This document shows, piece by piece, positions 12,960-20,830 of a stretch of 64,000 nt of DNA. How positions within the stretch are numbered: position 1 is the first letter of the stretch; every line of letters begins with the position of its first letter. A program made the position numbers and the translations under genes. Below the pieces are notes generated by a model. It worked only from the letters and a program-made list of their open reading frames with translations. It was not told the DNA's origin and made no database searches. Origin of the DNA: Podarcis bocagei. Its lineage: Eukaryota. The DNA lies in NCBI GenBank assembly GCA_964188305.1, contig OZ076901.1. One strand, 5' to 3'.

Positions 12960-13436
12960 CTGCAAGTTGAACAAAGTGAGGTTGCAATGACATCCTGATG
13001 TCACTGTCTCAAAATCAATGCTGCCTCTCCCACCTCCCTTCACTGCTCATCCTCCCCCCACCTGAAAATGTTTTAAAGAAACCCTCTTTCATGCTTGAAA
13101 ATCAAATGGAATTTTGTACAGGACCTGTTTTAATGAGCCTGAAGGAACCAAGAAGAAATCAATGCCTGAATGAATGCCCCCCCTGGGCACCGCCTGCTCC
13201 CTTAAGGACTCAACATTAAACGGGAAACGGGAAAAACCGACAATCCCTCAAAATCTCTCTTTCGGCCCAGTGCTGAGCATGTAGCTTCCAGTGAGAGTCC
13301 TGGGCTCGCTGCCAACTTCTGCATGGGCCCCAGATGAGACAGACATGACAGAATTGCCTTTTCCTGAGCTGCTTTCATCTTGCCAATGAAAGTGTGAATA
13401 CACTTAGACATGGCTAGAAATCTTAACTAATGCCCC

Positions 13437-13890
13437 TGTCAGGGAACTGCCATCGGAGGAACGGGAGGTGGAAGGGCTCATAGAGGCTGGGAGGGAGTCA
13501 GCAGCGAAAGCAGGGACCAGCAGGGGGAGAGAGGGGTCTCAGGAGGAAGGTCTCATGAATGCGGAGAGAGACGCAGCAGCTAAAGCAGGAACTAGCAGGG
13601 AAGAGGGAGGGATCAGGGACACGTCCAGCGAGAACAGCGGGGAGGTGTCAGAAGCTCCTATAGGGAGACCCATTCTTCGCCGGAAGCTGCCACGTCGTGA
13701 GTCCAGAAGACGCGTTTCCGTTAAGGAGCTTCTATGCTGGAAGCGCTTCCGCAGACAACCACTGTCGGAATCTACAAGTGACTAGGGCAGACATGTTTGA
13801 GGAGCTCTGTCACACACAGAGGTTTGTGGAGTTGCACAAACTCTGAGGGACCACGATTTTACGCACAAGCAGCTAAATCATCCCATCACA
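13437..13890 (+). repeat. 5' LTR (454 bp)
   Basis: TGTCAGG...CATCACA; by eye identical to the 3' LTR except at 13541 and 13747. Confidence 0.97.
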
Positions 13891-13892
13891 GC

Positions 13893-13903
13893 ATTCCGAC
13901 AGT
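13893..13903 (+). promoter_or_regulatory. Self-priming primer-binding site
   Basis: ATTCCGACAGT is the exact reverse complement of LTR 13761-13771 (ACTGTCGGAAT); no TGG tRNA-type PBS. Confidence 0.8.
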
Positions 13904-13935
13904 CTTTGTAAGCTGCCTGTGCAGGAGAAGGCATC

Positions 13936-14949
13936 ATGAGCGACCCAGCCGGAGCCGGAGAGGCAGGAGTTGGAGCGGGTCCAAGCTTGGAAGATAGGTA
14001 CCGAGCGTTGGAAATCCAATTGGCGCTGCAGACGGCTAGGCTTGAGGAGAGAAGGGCTCAGGATGCAGACAAGAAGGGGAGAGCCACCCAGTTCAACAGA
14101 AAGGTACCAGGATTGGTGCAGAAATTTGGGGGGGACCCCAAGGACTATCATGCCTTTAGAACAGAGATGCAATATGCCCTCAATGTGCAGTTTGATGAAT
14201 TCCCTGACGAGGAATTGCGAGTGGCTTTTGTGATTGGGCATCTTGAAAAGGGGGCGAGGGACTGGGTTAGGCCCCTGATGGCAACGCACAATGACGTCCT
14301 AAAGGACACCATGAAGTTCTTTCGTGCAATGGATCTCATGTTTTCCAGCGATATTGAGGAAGGAGTGGTGCGCAGACAGCTAATGGCTTGCAAGCAGGGA
14401 AGCCGATCTGTCCGTGAGTACTGGACTGAGTTCACTATGCTGGTTCACAGATTGGGGTGGGACTTATCGGCGGCACCCATTCAAATGCTATTTGAAGAAG
14501 GTCTGGCTTCGGCTGTGAAAGACGAACTGTCCCGGGGTCCTAGGGCGGATTCCATGGATCAGCTGACTAAATCTGCGCTGACCATAGGAGCGTGCCAGGA
14601 GGCGAGAGCTTTGGAGAGGCGGGAAGGGAAAGGGGAACGCTGGAAGGAGTTCCGCATTCCTGAGATTCCAGAGACAACTTTCCCGCCGGCAGAGCCGATG
14701 GAAATCGGAACAGCGCACGCGCGCGCAGTTTCAAAGCCCAGTGAGGGGGCTAAGAAGGAGGGAAAAGGCGCCCGGAAGTGCTATCTCTGCCAACAGCCAG
14801 GCCACTTTGCCAGAGTCTGCCCCCAGAGGAAGGAATGGCAAGGGATGGTGGGAGCTGTTGAGGGAAGAGAGCAGGGAGAACCGGAGCAGGTAAAAGCCAA
14901 CGCCTGGTTGCCACAGTCAGGGCACAGCAGCCAGGCCAAAGAGCAGTGA
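13936..14949 (+). CDS. gag: Gag (capsid-like domain, EPMEIG motif, CCHC zinc knuckle CYLCQQPGHFARVC)
   Basis: 337-aa open ORF directly after the PBS; PEG10/sushi-like gag features. Confidence 0.95.
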   Translation: MSDPAGAGEAGVGAGPSLEDRYRALEIQLALQTARLEERRAQDADKKGRATQFNRKVPGLVQKFGGDPKDYHAFRTEMQYALNVQFDEFPDEELRVAFVIGHLEKGARDWVRPLMATHNDVLKDTMKFFRAMDLMFSSDIEEGVVRRQLMACKQGSRSVREYWTEFTMLVHRLGWDLSAAPIQMLFEEGLASAVKDELSRGPRADSMDQLTKSALTIGACQEARALERREGKGERWKEFRIPEIPETTFPPAEPMEIGTAHARAVSKPSEGAKKEGKGARKCYLCQQPGHFARVCPQRKEWQGMVGAVEGREQGEPEQVKANAWLPQSGHSSQAKEQ

Positions 14950-14957
14950 AAGTGCCC
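14889..14957 (+). promoter_or_regulatory. Putative -1 ribosomal frameshift signal (G GUA AAA + H-type pseudoknot)
   Basis: Pol is in the -1 frame; stem 14902-14911/14927-14936 and loop pairing GGGCAC (14920-14925) with GTGCCC (14952-14957). Confidence 0.7.
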
Positions 14958-17900
14958 ATGCCAGAAGCTCCTCAACCTGCTCTAGTGATTGAAGTGTCGC
15001 TAGAGCTGCAAAATGGACACCCCCTAAAGATAAAGGCGCTGCTGGACTCAGGCAGCTCCTGCAATTTTATGAGCAAAGAGTTTGCTGCTGAACACCAGAT
15101 ACAGACGATCCCTTTAAGCAACCCCCTGCAGGTGACCACGATCGATGGCAGGGAGTTGTTGGGAGGAGGAGTCAGCTTGCAGACCGTCCCAATGATAATG
15201 AGGGTGGCAAGGCACACAGAACTGATAGCATTTAATGTGGCCACCTTGGGAGGCGCTCCCATTATTTTGGGAATGAGCTGGCTAGCGCTACATGATCCGC
15301 TGGTGGGCTGGCATCAGAGAGTGGTTTCCTTTGGTTCAGCACATTGCTTAGAACACTGCAAAGGGGAAAAGGGTTCAGCAGGGGCCCAAGCCACCCTAGC
15401 AGGGACAGAAGTAATGGAGAAGGTGAAGGTACCACCACAATACGCAGATCTCAGCGACGTGTTCAGCGAGAAGGAAGCTGACCAACTACCCCCGCATAGG
15501 CCCTTTGACTGTCAGATCAATTTACTCCCTGGAGCACAGCTTCCTGTAGGCAAGTTGTATGCCATGTCAGACCGAGAAATGCAGGAGCTGCGAGAGTTCA
15601 TTGACAAGAACCTGAAGAGAGGCTTCATCAGAGAGTCCAAGGCAGCGGGGGGTAGCCCAGTGTTTTTTGTGGATAAAAAGAACACGGACAAGCCGAGACT
15701 TGTGTGTGACTTCAGGGGGTTAAATGCAGTGACAGAACCAGTGGCTTTCCCTATGCCCAGGATTGATGACATTTTGACCAGGGTGAGGAAGGGAAAGATT
15801 TTTACAAAGCTGGATCTAAGGGGGGCGTACAACCTGATACGTATAAGGAAAGGGGATGAATGGAAAACCACCATGTTCACCCCTTTGGGGGCATTTGAAT
15901 ATCTCGTTATGCCATTTGGATTACAAGCAGGCTCAGCGTGCTTCCAATCGTTTATGAACCACGTACTGGGGCCTTTGCTTTACAAGAATTGCGTGGCCTT
16001 CCTAGATGATGTGTTGGTGTATTCGGAGAATGAGGAGCAGCATGTGAGAGACGTCAGAGAAGTGTTGAGCAGGCTGCAAGCCAACAGGCTGTGGGTGAAA
16101 CTGGAGAAGTGTCAGTTTCATACCAAGGAGGTGGAATTCCTGGGGTACCGCCTGTCAGACAAGGGATTGGCCATGGATCCCGGCAAGGTCCAGGCAGTGC
16201 TGGAATGGAAAACACCCAAAACCAAGAAGGATGTGCAGAGGTTCCTAGGGTTTGGGAACTTTTATCGTAAGTTCATCCGAAACTTTGCACACCTGACGGC
16301 GCCCATTACGGACTGTCTCAGCAGTAAGAAGAAATTTGTTTGGACTGCGGAGGCGGAGCGAGCGTTTGAGGAACTGAAAAGGGCCTTCGCCTCTGAAGGA
16401 CAACTTCTGCATGTGGATTTACAAAAAAAGCTGAGGGTCGAAACAGACGCATCTGACAGAGCCATAGGGGCGGTGCTTCTTCTTCTGCAGCCAGGGAAGG
16501 AGGAGTCAGAGTGGCGACCGTGTGCCTTCTTTTCGCGAAAGCTGAACAAATCCGAGAGGAACTACACGGTGTACGACCGGGAACTTCTTGCTATTCATGA
16601 GGCTTTCCGGAGATGGAGGCACCTGCTAATTGGTGCACAACATAAGGTGCAAGTGTGCACGGACCATAAGAACCTAGAGTATTGGAGAACTGTGCGAGTG
16701 CTCAACCAACGGCAGTTGAGATGGGCCCAGGAGTTCTCCAAATTTAACTTTGAGATTTGTTACGTGCCAGGACCAGAGAACGTTAGGGCGGACGCTCTCT
16801 CACGCAAACCTGAATATTTGGAGGGGGAGGGAGCATCCGAAGAAACCCATGTCATTCCAGAGGACCGCTGGGTGTGTGGGGCGGCATTGGTGGGGCAAAG
16901 GGAACTGGTAGAGGGAACGGTGCATGATGAATACGCCCAGGACAAACTCAGGGGTCTCAGGAGGGAGGGAGACAAACCCGGGGGTTTTGAGGAGAGAAAC
17001 GGGGCGTTGTATTACAAGGGAGCGTTATATATACCTGAAGGTGATTTGAGGGAGAAGGTACTCAAGCAACTGCACGATAGCCCCACAGCAGGGCATTTTG
17101 GGCAACACAAAACCATGTGGCTGGTTACCAGGGAATTTTGGTGGCCCAAGGTCAGGGAAGATGTGCGGGAGTATGTGAGAGGGTGTGACCAATGCCAACG
17201 AGCCAAGGGGGAGAGGCGGGCACCAGCAGGGTTATTAGAACCACTACCCACACCTGAAAGACCATGGGAAACAGTGGCAATAGATTTCATGACTGATCTG
17301 CCAAGGTCCAGAGGGAAAACAGCCATCATGGTTGTGGTAGACCTGTTAACCAAAATGGCCCACTTTATAGCCTGCTCACATGCGGTCACGGCAGAAGAAA
17401 CCGCTAAATTGTTTGTAGAAAATGTGTTTAGGTTGCATGGCGCCCCCTTGAGGGTGGTTTCAGACCGAGGGAAACAATTTACTTCCAGGTTCTGGAGGAA
17501 GCTCATGAGCTTACTGCATGTAGAGGTTAATTTCTCAACTGCCCGGCATCCTGAAACCAACGGGCAGGCGGAAAGAGCTAATGGCGTCCTCCAGCAATAT
17601 TTGAGGTGTTATGTGAATGACAGAGAGAATGATTGGGTGGAGAAGCTGGCGTTGGCAGAATTTGCCTACAACAATGCAGAGAACGTGTCCACGGGGATGA
17701 GCCCCTTTTTGGCTAATTACGGGTGCCATCCCCGAGCCTTCCCAGGAGGGGAAGGGGAGAACTGGAGCGTTCCAGCTGCAGAACAGTTCGTAGAAGAAAT
17801 GGAAGCGATCCATCGCCAGCTCCAACTTAACTTAAACAGGGCCAAGGAGGAATATAAGAGGCAGGCAGACAAAAACAGAAGAGAAGGTGAAACCATTAGG

Positions 17901-18896
17901 GTGGGGGATCAGGTGTGGCTGTCAACCCAAGGGTTACCATTCAAAGGGGGTTGTAAGAAGTTAAGACCCAAAAGACTGGGCCCATTTGAAGTCAAGCAGC
18001 AGGTCAACCCAGTGGCTTTCAGACTCCGGTTACCGAACCACATGAAGCTGCACCCAGTTTTCCACAGGTCGTTGCTGTCACCGTATAAAGGGGACAGAGA
18101 AGGGAGGGTCACTAGGGGGCCAGCAATGGAGGAGAAGGAACACAGCTACCATGTAGCGGAGATTCTCGATTCCAGGTGGAAGGGAGATCAAGTAGAGTAT
18201 TTGGTAATGTGGGAAGGGGAACCGGAGTCGGAAAACACCTGGGTCATGGCAGAGGATGTAGATGACGAGGTTTTAATAGAAACTTTTCATCAGAGGTTCC
18301 CACGTAAACCTCAGCCAGTGGCGAGGTTCCGGAGGGAATACTTTGCCAACACCGACGAAGAAGAAGAGTTGGAGGGGTTCCCTGATTCCGAGGAGGAGGA
18401 GGATTCAGCGAGCCGAAACGAAGACCGATGGAGGGAAATGTTCGAGACGTCTGAAGATGAAGAGGATTCTTTTCGGGGTTTTATCTCCTCACCGCCCAGA
18501 GGAGAGAGAATGGGCGGGGGGGAAGGGGGCCCTGGAGGGGAGGTGGATGTCAGGGAACTGCCATCGGAGGAACGGGAGGTGGAAGGGCTCATAGAGGCTG
18601 GGAGGGAGTCAGCAGCGAAAGCAGGGACCAGCAGGGGGAGAGAGGGGTCTCTGGAGGAAGGTCTCATGAATGCGGAGAGAGACGCAGCAGCTAAAGCAGG
18701 AACTAGCAGGGAAGAGGGAGGGATCAGGGACACGTCCAGCGAGAACAGCGGGGAGGTGTCAGAAGCTCCTATAGGGAGACCCATTCTTCGCCGGAAGCTG
18801 CCACGTCGTGAGTCCAGAAGACGCGTTTCCGTTAAGGAGCTTCTATGCTGGAAGCGCCTCCGCAGACAACCACTGTCGGAATCTACAAGTGACTAG
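14946..18896 (+). CDS. pol: Pol polyprotein: aspartic protease, RT, RNase H, integrase, chromodomain, acidic/basic tail; probably entered by frameshift near 14895
   Basis: LLDSGSS protease; MPFGL and FLDDVLVYS RT; ETDASD RNase H; H..H..C..C zinc finger, DF/SDRG/QAER DDE core and GPF motif; chromodomain YHVAEILDSR...YLVMWEG...ENTWV; 1316 codons without a stop. Confidence 0.97.
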   Translation: MKVPMPEAPQPALVIEVSLELQNGHPLKIKALLDSGSSCNFMSKEFAAEHQIQTIPLSNPLQVTTIDGRELLGGGVSLQTVPMIMRVARHTELIAFNVATLGGAPIILGMSWLALHDPLVGWHQRVVSFGSAHCLEHCKGEKGSAGAQATLAGTEVMEKVKVPPQYADLSDVFSEKEADQLPPHRPFDCQINLLPGAQLPVGKLYAMSDREMQELREFIDKNLKRGFIRESKAAGGSPVFFVDKKNTDKPRLVCDFRGLNAVTEPVAFPMPRIDDILTRVRKGKIFTKLDLRGAYNLIRIRKGDEWKTTMFTPLGAFEYLVMPFGLQAGSACFQSFMNHVLGPLLYKNCVAFLDDVLVYSENEEQHVRDVREVLSRLQANRLWVKLEKCQFHTKEVEFLGYRLSDKGLAMDPGKVQAVLEWKTPKTKKDVQRFLGFGNFYRKFIRNFAHLTAPITDCLSSKKKFVWTAEAERAFEELKRAFASEGQLLHVDLQKKLRVETDASDRAIGAVLLLLQPGKEESEWRPCAFFSRKLNKSERNYTVYDRELLAIHEAFRRWRHLLIGAQHKVQVCTDHKNLEYWRTVRVLNQRQLRWAQEFSKFNFEICYVPGPENVRADALSRKPEYLEGEGASEETHVIPEDRWVCGAALVGQRELVEGTVHDEYAQDKLRGLRREGDKPGGFEERNGALYYKGALYIPEGDLREKVLKQLHDSPTAGHFGQHKTMWLVTREFWWPKVREDVREYVRGCDQCQRAKGERRAPAGLLEPLPTPERPWETVAIDFMTDLPRSRGKTAIMVVVDLLTKMAHFIACSHAVTAEETAKLFVENVFRLHGAPLRVVSDRGKQFTSRFWRKLMSLLHVEVNFSTARHPETNGQAERANGVLQQYLRCYVNDRENDWVEKLALAEFAYNNAENVSTGMSPFLANYGCHPRAFPGGEGENWSVPAAEQFVEEMEAIHRQLQLNLNRAKEEYKRQADKNRREGETIRVGDQVWLSTQGLPFKGGCKKLRPKRLGPFEVKQQVNPVAFRLRLPNHMKLHPVFHRSLLSPYKGDREGRVTRGPAMEEKEHSYHVAEILDSRWKGDQVEYLVMWEGEPESENTWVMAEDVDDEVLIETFHQRFPRKPQPVARFRREYFANTDEEEELEGFPDSEEEEDSASRNEDRWREMFETSEDEEDSFRGFISSPPRGERMGGGEGGPGGEVDVRELPSEEREVEGLIEAGRESAAKAGTSRGREGSLEEGLMNAERDAAAKAGTSREEGGIRDTSSENSGEVSEAPIGRPILRRKLPRRESRRRVSVKELLCWKRLRRQPLSESTSD
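18534..18547 (+). promoter_or_regulatory. Polypurine tract
   Basis: GGAGGGGAGGTGGA abutting the 3' LTR. Confidence 0.75.
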
Positions 18897-19001
18897 GGCA
18901 GACATGTTTGAGGAGCTCTGTCACACACAGAGGTTTGTGGAGTTGCACAAACTCTGAGGGACCACGATTTTACGCACAAGCAGCTAAATCATCCCATCAC
19001 A
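18548..19001 (+). repeat. 3' LTR (454 bp)
   Basis: Direct repeat of 13437-13890, preceded by a purine tract and followed by the TSD. Confidence 0.97.
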
Positions 19002-19312
19002 GCCCCCATTAGTTCTCCAAATATAGCGTAACTTTTCAGCGTTAAGTAGGCTTCAAGAACACCTTGCAGAGTTAGGCTTCTCTTAGTTGCTGAAGAAAGG
19101 ATGTTGTAACAGGGGAGAAGAGGAGAGGGTGCAGAAATTTGCGCAACCAGAATCACACGATAAAAGGGGAGAATTAACTACAGAAAGCCATGACTGCAGT
19201 AAAGCCCAGCGCAGAAGTATAGCCCTCACAGTTCTCCATAGGAAAACCTGAAAACACATGGGGAACTTAAGCTTTATGTTAAGAAATTTGTAAAGAGCCC
19301 TCGTGGGATATA

Positions 19313-19482
19313 CCATATTTTTCGCTCTATAACACGCACCCGACCATAACACGCACGTAGTTTTTAGAGGAGGAAAATCCGTAGGCATGCCACCCGTAGG
19401 CATTCCCTCCATAACACACACAGACATTTCCCCTTACTTTCTAGGAGGAAAAAAGTGAGTGTTATGGTGCAAAAAAATACGG
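19313..19482. mobile_element. Tc1/mariner (Tc2-like) MITE
   Basis: TA TSD, CC(A/G)TATTTTT...AAAAATACGG TIRs; near-identical inverted copy at 49543-49711. Confidence 0.85.
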
Positions 19483-19988
19483 TAATTTCTAGTGCTAGGC
19501 ATGCTCCCTCACTGCAGCTGGTTCCCACAGTCCAGGCCTGGTTGTTGCCAAGGGATGCGGTTGCCAGTGACCAGAACCAAAGTTGTTCAGGATGAGCATG
19601 GTCTGTGCAGTTTGCATGGTTTGCTTCCCTCAGTGAATGCAAGGGCATCCTGAGGGGGCAGGAGCGGGGGCAGGGGATATCTGTGTTTCCCCAGGACATG
19701 TCCCTTGTTCCTTGTTATGCTTTATAGCCCTTGATCCCACACTTGGGATAGCCCCGCACTGAAAATTTGTAATGGTTTGGATTTGCATGTTAGACCCCCC
19801 CAAAAGCCACCGTTTCCCTGCATGTAGCATTCAACTCCTCCTGTGTAAACACAAATGACCCAGTGAGAACTTTTAAAATGCAATCAGATGAAAGCTTCCC
19901 ATCTCGCAGACACCCCCAACAGTTAGGTATATATCCTGTACTTGACCATCAGGTCCACTAAGCGGCTTGCAAAATGCAAAAGTAAATA

Positions 19989-20247
19989 CCGTATTTTTCA
20001 CTCTATAAGACGTACCAGACCACAAGACGCACCTAGTTTTTGGAGGAGGAAAACAAGAAAAAAAATATTCTGAATCTCAGAAGCCAGAACAGCAAGAGGG
20101 ATCGCTGCGCAGTGGAAGCAGCAATCCCACTTGCTGTTCTGGCTTCTGGGATAGCTGCACAGCCTGCATTCGCTCCATAAGACACACACACATTTCCCCT
20201 TACTTTTTAGGAGGGAAAAGGTGAGTCTTATAGAGCAAAAAATACAG
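19989..20247. mobile_element. Tc1/mariner (Tc2-like) MITE
   Basis: TA TSD, CCGTATTTTT TIR; related inverted copy at 61651-61888. Confidence 0.85.
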
Positions 20248-20593
20248 TAAGTAAATTCAAACCTCTTGGGCCTCCCCTTGTCTGAAACAATTGGTGGATG
20301 ATGCTTCCTATATGGCAGAGGCAAGGGTAGTCCAAAGTCCAGGAGAACTAGAGCAAAATGCCCATTTCCAGGTAACCACCCTGTGATGTTCTGTTGGGTC
20401 TGTTACTGTTACAAGTAAGAATTCCCCAAACCATCTAAGTAATCTTACAGGTTTATAAAGGAGCAGGCGGTCTTTCAGGCAACCTGGTACCAAGTTGTTC
20501 AGGGCTTTATAAGTTAGCTACCAGACCCTGAACGTGGCTCAGTAGCTGGTGCCCCAGGAACCTCTCTCTTGCATCCTGTCTGCCTCTTCTTAC

Positions 20594-20647
20594 CTTCAGC
20601 TCTTGATTCTCCTCCATGCTCTGATCCAGACGGCTTCGGACTATGAT
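20594..20647 (-). CDS. DIXDC1: DIXDC1 exon 9 (IIVRSRLDQSMEENQELK)
   Basis: cag/gtaag, 54 nt, phase 0. Confidence 0.94.
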
Positions 20648-20740
20648 CTGAAGGCAAAGTATTGCAATTATTTACCAGTGCCTACATAGAGATACTACAC
20701 ACAAAGAAGAGTCTCCGGAGAAAAAGCCTTTCCGACTCAC

Positions 20741-20830
20741 CAGCTGCTCTTCAGGGCAGGCATCTTGTTCGCAAAGGACAAACAGTCTTTCCTGCTCATC
20801 CTCAGGTAACGACCCATTGAGCAGCAAGGC
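20741..20830 (-). CDS. DIXDC1: DIXDC1 exon 8 (ALLLNGSLPEDEQERLFVLCEQDACPEEQL)
   Basis: cag/gtgag, 90 nt, phase 0. Confidence 0.95.

Larger units (their letters stand above)
13437..19001 (+). mobile_element. Full-length Ty3/Gypsy chromovirus (Tf1/sushi-like) LTR retrotransposon in DIXDC1 intron 9, antisense to the gene
   Basis: TG...CA termini, two 454-bp LTRs, 5-bp TSD GCCCC (13432-13436 and 19002-19006), open gag and pol with PR-RT-RH-IN-chromo order. Confidence 0.98.

Noticed and set aside
13468-13785. 105-aa ORF in the 5' LTR as an independent gene
   Set aside because: It is the LTR copy of the Pol tail, starts at GTG and lies mostly upstream of the predicted transcription start
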